This document shows, piece after piece, positions 24,724 to 37,548 of a stretch of DNA of 64,000 nt (position 1 is the stretch's first letter; each line of letters starts with the position of its first letter). Where the stretch lies: positions 127,798,897 to 127,862,896 of the forward strand of contig NC_085845.1 of assembly GCF_035594765.1 (NCBI RefSeq), given 5' to 3'. The translations under genes were made by a program, and so were the position numbers. The notes under the pieces were generated by a model, which did not search any database, had not been told where the DNA came from, and was given only the letters and a program-made list of their open reading frames with translations. This DNA comes from Anolis carolinensis (Eukaryota).

Positions 24724-25578
24724 GTCTCCTTTTCCTGGAGACTAGTAGTCAGAGTATTATGTGTTGATTCAGATGTGAAAGTATAAAAGGTTTTTAAATA
24801 GGGTTAATATACAGTTTCCTGATAGAGACCTGCAGCAGCATTTCTTTTACTTGAAAAGAGGAGCAAGTGACACTCTCTACATTGGGCTAGTAAACTCTCT
24901 GTACCTGATCACAATTCATCCTCTATTCAGAGATATTAGTTTCCATCACCTCACATCCCTACAGTTCATATATTGCAGAGAGATAACCAATATTTCATTA
25001 TCTTTTGAATGAGAGCTAAACCTGCTTTTCCAGGAATCCTTTATTAGCTATATTTCAAACTAATCAGTTCAAGTCTGCATGGACGTCATATTGCAGGCAA
25101 GTTTGTGTGATACCCACACCAAGGAACAGTTATCCTTTATTAAGGTTGAAATTTCCTCCAAGGAGTGTCTTGTAGCTACTCCAGGCAGAAATTCTGTCTA
25201 GGGAAGCTAGTAGGGTTTGAAGGGTTGCTGACTTGAAAACCAAATTGAGAGGGAAAAATGTTTAATCTAGGAATAGCCGCAACAGCAATCCAGTTCTTCA
25301 CCAAATAAGATATGTTACTGGTGAGCATGGGCTAGGGAGATAGAAAAAGTGTTGGATTATGATCAATCATCCACTCTAAAACAGTTCAGAAACTATGCCA
25401 GTTGAACATCACAAATCCAATATGAATCCATTGGAACTCCATTATAAGCTTTCACTATATAAACTTCCCATGTGGAATAAAAGAGTGCACAGTAGCATAA
25501 AATACCATCTGCTGGTTCTGTACTTAGTATGCATAACTTAGAGAGGAATCCATTTGTGGTTGGCCATGATCTACATAG

Positions 25579-25710
25579 GGCAGTCATGTCCTCAAATGGC
25601 TGTCAGAGGACAGTCTCCTGTTCAAAGGTGTCCTGCATTTGAAGGATGGCCATATGGAAATCCAGTTAAAGATACAAAAAAAGAAGGGGGCATTGTGAAA
25701 CTTGTCACCA
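25579..25710 (+). pseudogene. Beta-defensin-like exon relic
   Basis: Phase 1 GQS-C-PQMAVRGQ-[S]-PVQR-C-PAFEGWPYGN; CPAF shared with the 20954 exon. Confidence 0.45.
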
Positions 25711-26065
25711 ACAATCAGCACATACACACTAAATACAGCAGACATTCAGCTTTTCAGAGTCTCATCCATTATGCTGAGGTATAATATATTTCTATTTAAA
25801 TAACAGTATATATTTATACATCTATATTTATGAATCTACAAAAATTTCATGCAAATCTGCACCTTCTTTGAGTGAGTGGTAATGTACAAGTGCCATACTA
25901 TACAGCAAACACAATGAGGGTGAGAAGTCCTATTGGTATACTCTTTCCTTTTCTCTTCATATTTCACACTGGATCTAAGTGGCATTCATATTACATAATT
26001 ATAGTACTTTTCCCTCTTCAGGATGAGGCCTGCCGAGCACTATCAATCAATATGATTGATTGATA

Positions 26066-26227
26066 TTATTAACTCTTGTTTTATTGTCTTACTGTGTTTC
26101 ATTTTTTTTTTGTATATTGTTCAATGTATTTATGCTGTTGTTTTTGTAAATTGTGTTAGTCGGGCCTTGCCCCATGTGAGCCGCCCCGAGTCCCCACGGG
26201 GAGATGGTGGCGGGGTATAAATAAAGT

Positions 26228-26277
<50 letters not shown>
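26066..26277 (+). mobile_element. L2 3' tail fragment ending in (CAT)n
   Basis: GTGAGCCGCCCCGAGTCCCC...GGGGTATAAATAAAG matches the 3' end of the L2 at 62150. Confidence 0.85.
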
Positions 26278-26974
26278 ATCATCAGACAAAGCTGGCTTAG
26301 CCCCACTCCCAGTCCTCCTGAAGTGGAGGTGAAGAATTGCAAGATGTTTCCTCTGCCACGATAGAGAGGAATCTGTGTTTCGGGTAACTCCGGCAGAGCT
26401 AGCCAATTTTTTTTACCGTTTACTCCATATGATGGGGGAAAGGGCAATACAATCATGGGGGAAACGACAGGAATGCAATGTGCCTCTTTGTGCCCCACGT
26501 GCCCATCCTTCTGACGGAGACAGGGACAGGAAGGGAGACAGGGCACCAGTGGCTGTATGAAGATGTTATTAGTGTCCCATCACACAGCAAACACCAAGGT
26601 TCCATAGGAACCAAGGTTCTTGTCACCATCATGTGATGGAGAAAGGAGGGAAAGCTCACAGGATGCCACGAGGCACCCTGCACACTTGCTGTTTCCCCAG
26701 AAACTGTGTTTCCCTTTCCCCCATTATAGGGAGGAAAGGTCAAAAAATTATTATAGAAGATAAGAAAAACAACACAATCTTTTGAAAATCACAAGAATTA
26801 AAAAAAAAACACCTTCGTCATTGTCCCCAGCCCAAGTTGTAGTACCCTCCCTTTGCTATCAGAACCATAAAATATTTGCAATAAATACCAAGAATTGGGA
26901 AGTCCTGGCCCTCAAATGTTCCAATTGGAGATCAGCTATTACCAACAGTTCTATGGATTTTGTAGAGACATAAA

Positions 26975-27180
26975 TAGAGAGTAAAAGGAAGAAACATGCC
27001 AAGAGGAAGACACATCAAACAAACTCTTGTCATGATCGCCTTCCATTTGGAAATGTATGTCCTCAATGTGAAAGACCATGTGGATCCAGAATATGTCGCT
27101 ACAGTCACTTATGGATCCAAAGCTAAGACTCTACCCTTGGAAGATAATCATACTCAGCCATGAGCAATCATCTATAGATA
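26975..27180 (+). mobile_element. RTE-clade LINE 3' remnant
   Basis: Decayed C-terminal zinc knuckle CPQCERPCGSRI..YSHL. Confidence 0.7.
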
Positions 27181-27668
27181 GACTCTATTCTCTTAGGAAA
27201 AGAAGGCTATGATTTTCTTTGTTGGTTTCTTTCTCTGTTCTTTCTTTTGTTCCTCTTTTTATTCTTCTCTCTTTTATTTGTATTCATAGTTTTTCTTCCA
27301 TGCACTCCCCCTAGCCCATAAACTGACCAACTAGAGGTCTTTATGGTAGCAGTTGTGAAATGATACTCAGAAGACAGCAGCTGTGACCACTGGAAATTAA
27401 GACCTGGAAGGTAGCAGTTCACTAAACTGTATTTTAAAAAAAATAGTGACCGACAAAATAGCCTAATGTATATTCAGACAAGAACTCTCACTTTTAGAGA
27501 GACTAATACCTTTTCACAAAGGGTCCTCACACAACTCATTCATAATCCACTTGTTGTTCTTTGAACCAATACCTTTGCTGTTTCTTATGGCTTCCCAAAC
27601 AAAGCACTGTGTAATATACTGTAACTCATTTCATTACCCTCATAAAATAGCCAGTCTCATTTTTTCAG

Positions 27669-27847
27669 AGAATATGCTCTTTATGATTCCTTGTGAGAAG
27701 GGAAAAGAAGGCCATTGTTTTTTCAGTTCCATTGACTCTTCTCCTTGTTACTGTTTTGAAAAACTGAAAATGCCTACTTTCACCTCCCTTTTAGGACACT
27801 GTTCTTTTGAGAAGCTTATCCTTGACAAAAGTTGTGAATTTTTGTAA
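27669..27847 (+). pseudogene. Beta-defensin/crotamine-like exon (open frame)
   Basis: Acceptor CTCATTTTTTCAG; phase 1 ...IP-C-EKGKEGH-C-FFSS...LLGH-C-SF...KSCEFL*. Confidence 0.45.
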
Positions 27848-27886
27848 ACTTTCATTAAAAATGGACTGAAGAAAATTCTCATCCAG

Positions 27887-27992
27887 ATGTACTGGCCATT
27901 ATGTAATGGTTGCATTTTCCCCCAACGTGAGAGGACTATACCATACCTGTTTGCCATATATGTGTTAACAATGAGGCCCAGAATGCTGTTGA
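27887..27992 (+). pseudogene. Beta-defensin-like exon relic
   Basis: After acceptor TTCTCATCCAG: [Y]-WPLCNG-C-IFPQ-[R,CGT]-x10-[Y], then ECC* in a shifted frame. Confidence 0.45.
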
Positions 27993-28745
27993 AGCATTAC
28001 AATAACATACATCTAATTTGTACTGCAACATCCAAATTTCCCACAAATATTTCAAGGCTGTATTCACCCCAAAATATAGGCGTTTCCATGTCAGGGAGTA
28101 TGAGGTTAGGGAGTATGAGGAGTCAGCAGTGATGTGTGCAACTACTTTGGTTTAGCTGGAGATGCTGGAAGAATGTCATCTGCAGGGACCTATGGAAGAC
28201 CACCAAAAGATTTATGGGTATCTCTTTCAGTGCCTCCAGCTGAGAAAAAATAGCTGCACACAGTGCCACAAATACATAATAGTGGGCAGGAACTATAGGG
28301 CTTCATAGAGGAATTTTCATCATTCTGCATGCAGAACATTTATGCTCTGTTTTCTTAATGCAGGCTTCTGGCTGATGAAACCGCACAAAGAGAGAAAAAG
28401 AGTTGTTAATCCTAATTTAGTACTAAATACATTGTTGAATCCACAGAGAATCAAAACTACATTTGAAATTAGATGTTTAATAGTGATAGCTTACATAAAG
28501 ATAGACAGCTAAATTTAAATCTGCATTTTGGACTCAGTGGACTTTATCACATTAAGTCCCTGATTAATCATGCATTGTGAGGGACCTGATGGGGCCCAGT
28601 GGGGTGTGTGAGGAATCTGTTGCCCCATGCCATGCATTGCCCGCCTTCTCCTTCACCTCATCCTATGGGAGGAAGTGTCCACCACTGAGCTATCTCCTGT
28701 TGTTTTCAATGCAACACAAGAAGCCTTCCATGTTACTGCCACTGC

Positions 28746-29028
28746 CAGGCATGTAGCCGGAGGGGGCGGGGGCTTGAGGGGCTTTGCCCCCCCCCCAAAA
28801 TTCTGAGGGTGGTCTGCGAGAAGGCCTTACATTTATTATTTAAACTGTTATGTTTATTCATATCATGATCTTATCACCATGCTCAATATATCCCATATGC
28901 ATGGGGGTATTGGGATAACAATACAAAAGGTTTGCTAGAGTAGACCCTCTCCCACTCAGACTCACCTCCCCCCCCCACCGAACCAAAACCCCAGCCCCTC
29001 CCGAAACAAAATCCTGGCTACGGGCCTG
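28746..29028. mobile_element. hAT MITE (CAGGC..GTAGCC family)
   Basis: TIRs CAGGCATGTAGCC / GGCTACGGGCCTG; TSD GCCACTGC / GCTACTGC; inverted paralog at 43117. Confidence 0.88.
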
Positions 29029-29519
29029 GCTACTGCCACCTATGCTGATTTCAAACCCCTCCATGAACAGTCCTGCCGGAAATAGATCATGACTGTGTGA
29101 TGAGAACTGGTGGGCTCTGTGCCGGAAAGGGGGTGAAATTGGCATAGGGAAGGCAATTTTGCCCTTCTGATTGAGATTGCAGATAGGCATATATTTCCAT
29201 CTTTCTTTGTCCTATATACATATTTGTTTTTTTAAGTAATGGCAAAACCTCCAACTGTTCAATACCATTAAAAGAAATTCTCCCCCAGCTCTTGTAATAA
29301 ACACTATATCATTAGTGACATCTCTATTCCAAACTTGCTTGTGCATAACAGTTCTGAAAATCTTCCTGCTTCAGGTCCAGGTTTGAAGATACCATTGGTG
29401 AAATAGCAGGTATATGGAAATGCCCTTTCTCCATCTTTTTACTGGTTAAAATATTACATATTATAAAATGAAAATTGGGCATACAGCACATCAGTGATAC
29501 AAGTAAGTAAGACTGTTTT

Positions 29520-29670
29520 GTTCATGAAAACAGGCAGGCAGGGGAATTGCTGTTTGTACCCACACAAAAGCTAGAACCTTTTTTTAAATACCTCCCTGGA
29601 GCCATATGCCACACAACTGGTGAAAGAATACACAAATCTGTAGAGATAATTGCATTCTCTGTTGCTCTAA
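29520..29670 (-). pseudogene. Beta-defensin-like exon relic with upstream signal-like exon relic at 30559-30603
   Basis: EC-NYLYR.-C-VFFHQL-C with a frameshift; upstream ATGAATATTCTT...hydrophobic...AG|GTAAGA. Confidence 0.35.
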
Positions 29671-30705
29671 AATAATCATTGTAAATTCTAAAGTACTTTC
29701 TTTGAGTATAACCCAGAGTAAACAGCTCTAATAAAATGTTTGATCTCAAACTTGAAGGGGCTGTTGTGCGATTCTTTGTTTTATTGTTGTTGTTTTGAAA
29801 ATGGTCTCTGTCTTTTCAAACAATAAAACAAAGATATGACAGGGTAGAAGGGAAGCCCTCTCTTAAACTACATCACATATAAATCAATTTTCATAGGAAT
29901 GTTGGTTTTAAGTAGAAACACGTGTGGTTTACTTTTCATGTGATTATAGCTGCTTATGTTTGTATAGAATAATGGGTTTCTTTTTAAAAAAATGGATCCA
30001 GTGCTTTTGTCAAAGAATTAGATACCTACTTAAATCTGCAGATCAGCACACAACAAAAAATCCCATCCCCTATCCCCTTCATTACCAACACAGGGCAGCT
30101 TTGTAAATTACTGTATTATTCTGAAAGTAGCTCTTCCCTCCAACAAGTCTTGCATACAAGTTTATTATCTACTCCCTTTCACTGTTAACAAGCCTAAACA
30201 GCATCCTGAGGCAGAATATGAGCTGCATGTTAATTTGGCATGTCTTGTCAGGGATAACTTACAAACTGCAACAGAAAAAGGGCTGCTCTGATAAATATGA
30301 AAGGAGGGGATTAAAAGCTCTATAAGCTGCTGGGTAGTCCTCCAAGACTAAGTGCGAGATGTGGCATGTGTGAAAACCTACCCATCAATTCAACATTTCT
30401 GTCTATTTTTTATGTGCACCCAATCGATGACCCAGTCACCTCTTCACTATAAAACCTTCCCTACCTTTAGAAAGAATGATGCAAACATTTGAAGAAGTAG
30501 GTGCTAAAATTGAAGGGCAAGAGATGGAAGTGTTGGGAAACAAGAACATGTGTCTTACCTTGAAGTAAAGTGTAAAATGAAAATGATGGAAAAGAATATT
30601 CATAACAATTCAATTCAGGGTTGAAAAATGGGTTTCCAAGCAATGAGTAAACTTTTTTGAAAAGAATAGACAAGTAGGAATTGTGTACAATGTTCTGATA
30701 CGATA

Positions 30706-30905
30706 TGATGTAGTGGTTTGAACGTTAGACCAAGATTCTGGGACTCCCCGCTCAGATATCGGTACCTACTTGTTGACCTTGATTAAATTTTTCTTTCATG
30801 TGATCTTGCCAAGAAACCCCTTAGCATACTGAAAACTTGCCAAAACCCTCAAATCCATTAGTATCATCATAAGTTAAAAATGACTTGAAGATACATAACA
30901 ACAAA
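30706..30905 (+). mobile_element. Old MIR-like squamate SINE remnant
   Basis: A-box-like TGTAGTGGTT; tail ATGACTTGAAG.TACATAACAACAA; related minus copy at 57045-57203. Confidence 0.55.
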
Positions 30906-31530
30906 TTCAGTATTTCATGGGTTGTTGTGCCTTCAGGGTGTTTAAACAGATATATCTACTACTAACTGAAGGTTACCACAGCAGAAAGTTATTTATGATA
31001 CCAAAACCCACTGGACCATACTCAACTAGCCCAGCATCAGTTGTTGATACAAAAAGGGCTACAAGGTGTTCACCCCTGCTATAAATAATTTAATTTTCTC
31101 ATGCAAGAGACTCAAATCCTTTCTTGTAGAAGGTAACTCTTTAACCTACAGTGATGTTGATATAACTATGAGCTATAAAAATAAAATAACAAAATAGACA
31201 GCTTTAGTTTTAAATAAGACTTTGGGTTCCCTCAGGTTGGCTGGTGGCTTCTATGGCCAAGGCCATATGACCAACACAAAATAGACACACTGTTCTGCTG
31301 CTGCAGGAAGTCCCAATTATGTATGGCTGGATTTGCAGTATAATTGCTGCATCCAGCTATTAATCTGCATTCATGGAATATGGGATTTACTTTGGAGCTT
31401 TCAAGAAGTTCTGGAATGATACCATAGTTTTGAAAGTGAAGGTGGGTGAGGCTGGATCTTAACCGATCCACTGTCCAAACCACAGACATACCAAGCGCTG
31501 CATCACCAGCAGCAATTAACTCTCTCCTAG

Positions 31531-31680
31531 AAGTTTGCTGGCAATGTTACATTCATACTGGTGTCATTTCAGACACCAAACCATGTGACCAGAAATATGC
31601 CAAATATGCAAGTGTCTTGGAGGGAGCTGCTGTCTGTCATGTAGCAGCAATGACCTGGTGTGCCCTCATCCCAACCAGTT
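31531..31680 (+). pseudogene. Beta-defensin-like exon relic
   Basis: Branch point and acceptor TTAACTCTCTCCTAG; phase 1 EVCWQ-C-YIHTGV-[I]-SDTKP-C-DQKYAKYA, then one frameshift gives C-LGGS-CC. Confidence 0.6.
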
Positions 31681-31708
31681 GTGTGGGCAGTCAAGGGGCT
31701 CTGGGAAT

Positions 31709-31935
31709 AGGGTTGTTGTATGTCTTTCGGGCTGTGTGGCCATGTTCCAGAAGTATTCTCTCCTGACGTTTCGCCCACATCTATGGCAGGCATCCTCAGA
31801 GGTTGTGAGGTATGGATGCCTGCCATAGATGTGGGCGAAACGTCAGGAGAGAATACTTCTGGAACATGGCCACACAGCCCGAAAGACTTACAACAACCCT
31901 ATGATCCCGGCCATGAAAGCTTTCGACAACACACA
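31709..31935. mobile_element. Penelope pLTR fragment in inverted arrangement
   Basis: ~88-bp near-perfect inverted repeat (31709-31795 / 31814-31900); 11-bp TSD GCTCTGGGAAT. Confidence 0.9.
31762..31802 (-). ncRNA. Minimal hammerhead ribozyme (PLE-associated)
   Basis: Identical core to 18027-18067. Confidence 0.78.
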
Positions 31936-32280
31936 GCTCTGGGAATGTTCCTGGGCTGCATCGAGGCAGCTCTGGAGCTCTTTACACCAGTTTTATCTGG
32001 TAGGTGTAGATGTGACCCATGTCAGTGGAGCTTTGGTCCAGATTTCAAAGTCCCTATACAAAGTGCTGAAGTATATTACCCAAATTGGTTCAGTAAATTG
32101 ATTGTTCCTTTACAGTTAGGACCAAAATATCAGTCACATTCAACACCACTGCATTATACGGAGTTAAGAAGACACCTTCTCTAAAGTGAAGTTAGTTATG
32201 CATTACTGCTAATAAGCTGTAAAAAGTCCAGAGGACCTATGGATATGAACATTTAGAGAAAATGAATTAGCGGCTATATA

Positions 32281-32584
32281 CAATAGACTCTCACTTATCC
32301 AAACCTCGCTTATCCAAGTTTCTGGATTATCCAGGTTTTCAATATATCATGATATTTTGGTGCTAAATTTGTAAATACAGTAATTACAACATAACATTAC
32401 TGTGTACTGAACTGCTTTTTCTGTCAAATTTGTTGTAAAATATGATGTTTTGGTGCTTAATTTGTAAAATCATAACCTAATTTGATGTTTAATAGGTTTT
32501 TCCTTAATCCCTCCTTATTATCCAAGATATTCGCTTATCCAAGCTTCTGCTGGCCCGTTTAGCTTGGATAAGTGAACTCTACTG
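32281..32584. mobile_element. Tc1/pogo-like MITE
   Basis: Same family as 7311; TA flanks. Confidence 0.9.
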
Positions 32585-32703
32585 TACCAGTAACATAGCT
32601 CCAGCACAGCCCCTCATTTTCATTGAGGCTTATTCTGAGGTACTGGGAACATGTGTTCCTTAAACAACATCAAATGTGTTCTTTAAATATATTTGCAATA
32701 CAG

Positions 32704-32870
32704 CTTCCTCAATTCTACCCAGAGGTTTTTGTTCTGTTATTGTGTCTTGCCCAATGAAGGTTAAAAATGACATTTGGGCAACACTTTATGTTAAGGTGTC
32801 ATTTGCTTCCCCCACTCCACCCCTCATGCCCTGTAGACACATAATGAATTCTTCAGGAGGTGAAATAAAA
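32704..32870 (+). pseudogene. Beta-defensin-like exon relic
   Basis: Phase 1 ASSILPRGF-C-SVIVS-C-PMKVK; VICF in a shifted frame; AATAAA near 32864. Confidence 0.5.
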
Positions 32871-33428
32871 AATCCTTGAAACTGAAGAGATGCCTGGAAG
32901 GGCAGAGGGTGAACAATGAGACGTTGCGTTCTCAATGGGATATAGAAACATTGCCGGATGCAAATTCATTTGCCCTGATTTAAATAAGATATTAGCATAT
33001 TAGTCTTCTATTAGATCTAACACATAAATCAAATGAGAATGACCCTTTGTTTTACTTAGCTGAAGTGAAGGAAACATATGCCCGTACCACTTCTGCCTCC
33101 TTCACCTCTTCTCCAAAAATAGTAGACTTTCATAAAGTAGTCAAATGAAAGAACAATATTTCAGAGCTCTGCTTCCTGGGGCTAGGTTCTGTCAGGTTGG
33201 AAAATTAAGCTCATTAGACTGCTTATAAAAACTTTTTTCTGAGAAGATGGTGATGAATGACTATGTCTGAGTAGCTGCAGGTGTCTTGATGGACAACCTG
33301 ATGCAAATGTAGTACTGTCCCTTGAATTTCTCTTTTTCTCTTCCTTTGACTTAACACGTTGTCACAAAAACTCAAGCTTCTCAGCCTTGAATAGTTGTGG
33401 AATACAGATACCAATGATAGCCATGACA

Positions 33429-33566
33429 CTAATCTGAAGACATGGCAGCTACCAACTTACGAAACCCAATCTTTTTCAATTTATAACTATCACATTTGGT
33501 AGCAGTTTGGTTTCTGCTTTCCTCATCATGTTCTGTTCTCAAGGCCAATATGTTGTATTGAATATG
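33429..33566 (-). pseudogene. Beta-defensin-like exon relic
   Basis: Acceptor TTTTTACATCTCCAG; [TGA]-GKQKPN-C, then K-C-DSYKLKKIGF-[R,CGT], then GS-C-H, with frameshifts. Confidence 0.45.
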
Positions 33567-34010
33567 CTGGAGATGTAAAAACATATTCACAGAGTTTCTT
33601 GTCCTTGGTGAAAAAGGATATTTCAACTCATTGCCACACCATGGCCAAAACTGTCAGCCATCATGAGATATTTTAAATCCTTTGGCAGGAACAGAAAATA
33701 CCATTTTTAATCCTGTATTATTTTCATGCTGAAATCCTACTATTGTGTGTTGTTGGAAGATCCCAATGTCTTACACAAGACAGTTGTAATACAAAATGCT
33801 GCATTTTCAGTGCAAAACTCTGTTTTTCTTGGAGTAAAAAAACCCATACATTTTCAGGCAAATGATTTTTTTTAGAAAAACAGTGTCTAAATATTTATAA
33901 GAATAAGTGAAACTGCAAAGATTTTCAATCTTCACCCAATATGGATAAAACTTTTAAAATGTTTATTCTTAAATGAAGAGTAACATAAATTAATACTTTC
34001 ATCTCTAGTA

Positions 34011-34231
34011 CAGTGGCCCTGTGTATCTGCTGGGTTTTTTTTTCCAGAACCCCCTTTGGATACTAAAATATGTAGATGTTCAAGTTCCATTATATACAAT
34101 AGCTTATTAAAATGTCCCTTATATAAAATGGCAAAATCCAGGTTCAATTCTCAGAATTGTTAAACAATATTTTCAAACCATAAATGATTGCATCTATGGA
34201 TTTAGACTCCATGTATACTGAGGGCTGGTTG
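34011..34231. mobile_element. Old Tigger/pogo-like MITE
   Basis: TA-CAGTGGCCCT...AGGGCTGGTTG degenerate TIRs. Confidence 0.55.
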
Positions 34232-35421
34232 AAACCTTGGCATGGATATAAAATTCTGGCCGCATATACAATTTCAAGCAGACCATGACAGCTGCATTCC
34301 TTCTGTGTTATCAGATCATTTTATTTCAGAATGATATTATATGGTTCTTAGAAACATTGAAGCAATTGACTATTTTTGGAAGCACTCTTAATGCTTACAA
34401 ATGTGGAAGTCTATGCAAATCAGTCAAGAGCAGACTTTTGGATCTTGACTTTCATAATCTGACTCTTGTAGCAAAGACAACTTGTTCCCCTACCACATCA
34501 TTAATTCCATGCAAACATGAAGTCATTGGCAGCCTATCTCTGCATTTTGATTAAACCTACCCAGAGGAGAGCTTTGGCAACTTCAAGATGTAATGTGTTG
34601 CCATCAGTTCTTTTGGACGGGAGATATAAAAAACATGGAATGTTCCAAAAGGGTTAGTTTTTGTGACTTGGTTCTGTTGAAACACTTCACCCTTCTCTGT
34701 TTGTATGCCCCAAATATGATAATATATGGTTGAAATACAGAAATTTCATTTTTTCCCACAGTGTTCCCAATGGCAAGGGTGTTATAAAATTCCATATCCT
34801 CTGAACAACTCTGATGAATTCTTTTGTGAGACTCTTGCAAATTGTATTCTTGAAATTAGTAACTTTTAGGTATGTTTTCCTTATTTCTGACTTCCTCTTG
34901 TTGTATATGCATGTGCTGTGATTTTGCTGTTTATTTATTTTGTGTCAAAAGCATTGCATAATAAAAAGGTTTAAAACTGATAAAATCAAGGGATCACAAG
35001 CTAATAGTGCTAAATAGTTCTAGGCCAAAAGCGGGCAACAGTGACTGCATTGTCTGTAGCTGTTGTATGATTGTATGCTGTATACAAATAAAGGCCATGT
35101 GTGTATGGCTGATTGTAATTAAAGGATGTTCTTGAGATTTTCCTTTTAAAACCCCTCGAATAAAATGTCATTATAAAGAAAGAATTGAGGGAGTGTAGTC
35201 AACAAACACATGCAAAGAGATTTCGAAATTAAATTTAGAAGTCACACGAGCTAAGTTGCATGTTGTCTGTTTAGAGCATACGCTTGGATTTCAACACATA
35301 TACAGAATTAATTGCAGAAGATACTCTGTGAAGTAAAACCTTCGTGTCCAATGAGAAGTTATTAGCAAGATGACAAGGGAGTTAGAAAAATCTCAGAAAT
35401 CAGTTAAACAGCAGGGATTAC

Positions 35422-35528
35422 TTTGTTTTGTTCAATAATGTGATGACAGTGATCTAGCTAGAAAATCATAGCAGAAATAAATTTGTTTTGTTCAATAATG
35501 TGATATCAGTGGTCTAGCCAGCAAATCA
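35422..35528. repeat. Two-unit tandem duplication, 60-bp period
   Basis: TTTGTTTTGTTCAATAATGTGAT..CAGTG.TCTAGC repeated at 35422 and 35482. Confidence 0.9.
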
Positions 35529-36596
35529 GAAAACATTTAGTGGCTGCAGTGGCCTGTTTAAGACCCTTAAGCCTACATCTCAAATGAGCAAGCCAGTTTA
35601 AACTAGGCAAAATCTCTCAAATCTTAGATACATATTAGAAAAGAAAAAGCTGTCAGAAACCTATTCCGATTTCCCAATATAATGTTAATTTCCCATGAAG
35701 AGTGCAATGGAGTCTACTATAAGATACACCACTGGAGAAACCAGGATCTTTAAAAAAAAAAGATTAAATTAATGCATATGGGAGTGGCACCATGGTGTGT
35801 AAAGCTTCTCCATCAATCTATATGACATGAAGAGTCCTTTGTGTTATATTCTCATGAAAGTCAAAGCAGAGCCTATTGGTACAAGACTCCAGTCTTGAAA
35901 GGAAACACAGCTTTACCACATTTTGGTGAAGTGACCTTTCTAGGCAATCATGAAAATATTATAATTGTGCATCTTATATTCAAAAATTTTACATGGAAAG
36001 AAGGAAAAATCATGAAAAACTATGTTTGAGTGGAATTTGTTTAAGATGTTTGTTTTGAGCAGAATCATGTTTTGTACCCCACAAAAAAATCCAGCCAAAG
36101 GTTTCATTTCAAAATCCACAAACCATCCGCTGACATTTGGAGAGCAATTTCTCTTAACTCCTTTATACATATTTTGAATGCAGGCAATATTTATTTGTCA
36201 AAACATTGATTACTCCAGATTTGTCTGGAATAGATAATGATCTGCTTTATATTTGTAGGCAAGCCACTGCAAAATGGAAATGAACATGGGGATACATTTA
36301 ATGCCGTGAAAAATGTTTCTGCTAAAAAACAAATGACATCTTTAAAAAGAAAATCGGAAAATATTTGAATCTTGACCTACCTGAGAAAGTGTACAGTGGG
36401 CTTTGTTGGGTTACACGTTAATAGTGGTTTTAGATAATCTGCATCACTGAACAGAATGAAGCAAGATAGCACAATATGATCCTTTTGGTGAAATTTGAAG
36501 TGGGGGTGGGGAAAATGAGATTAATTTTGTAATTCAGTGAAAATATTATATCAAAAGATGTAAGCAGATGGAAGAGCAGAATCCAATAACTACCTG

Positions 36597-36660
36597 AATG
36601 ATAATGATGATGATGATGATGATGACGACGATGATGACGACGACGATGATTATGATGATG
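36597..36660. repeat. (GAT/GAC)n microsatellite
   Basis: Direct observation. Confidence 0.9.
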
Positions 36661-37251
36661 TCTTGTCTCACAATGCACTTCTGTTGAGTTGCTCTTGGTT
36701 TTAACATAAAGACCTTCACAGATTCTGGTGATATATAATTTATGTAAGTCCTTTTAGTGTCCTTATCTTTGTTCACTTGAGTATCTACAAGCAAGCTTTG
36801 CTTTCAGCTTAGATTGCTGATTAATTAATTTTGGCTTTCCACGTCTCTAGACTGCAGCCTTGGGTTAGTGGTTTAAAATGATAAATTCACTGCAGATATC
36901 ATTTGTCAAACTAAGTATTGTATATTTATGAAAAGTTCCAAGGTGTAGTCGACAGTGTCCCCTAAAACCTTTCCTGCTTTTGAAGCCAGTCTTTCTTGCT
37001 TGAATCTAAGTGTAAGTGGCCCAGTTGTTTAAGTCAGTCAGTACGAAGAAGCAAAATTCCACCTGTTATTCTGTTGTTTACTTGAATAATTTTTACATTC
37101 AGCATTGTAAACATGCATATCTGAATATCAAAAGCAGCAAGATGACACAATTACATAAAATCTAGTGGTATATTAGCAGAAACAACACCACTTGACCCAA
37201 AATTCAAATGGCTCTGAACATTTTCATTATCTGTTTGTGTAAACTTTTCAG

Positions 37252-37397
37252 ACAAAGACAAGATCATGTTTTTAATAACAGCTAACCAAATAACATCTCA
37301 GATTTGCCCTGAATATGGGACTGATCTATTTCATTTCATGTCTCATTGGCATATTTTTAGTCACATTGAACATCAGATATTTTATTCATCAAAATAA
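37252..37397 (+). pseudogene. Beta-defensin-like exon, open frame, 1 Cys retained
   Basis: Acceptor AAACTTTTCAG; phase 1 DKDKIM-[F]-LITANQ-[I]-TSQI-C-PEYGTDLFH-[F]-MSHWHI-[F][S]; spacing x6-x4-x9-x6. Confidence 0.45.
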
Positions 37398-37548
37398 TCA
37401 TTTTTAGCCTGTAGTTTGGGGGTTTGGGGGAGGATATTGCATTTAATTCCTGATTTATCAGATCTTCTGGTATTGTTCCTTCACTAGACAATGTAAGTCT
37501 TGTCTGGGATTTTACATATCTGAAGATATCTCTGCACTATTTAGAATA

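Noticed and set aside
36381-36446. Minus-strand exon-like DADYLKPLLT, reminiscent of SLC9A6/7/9
   Set aside because: Similarity is limited to about 7 residues and no other exon of such a gene is present.
36430-36794. His-rich and Ile-rich ORFs
   Set aside because: Translations of the (GAT/GAC)n microsatellite.
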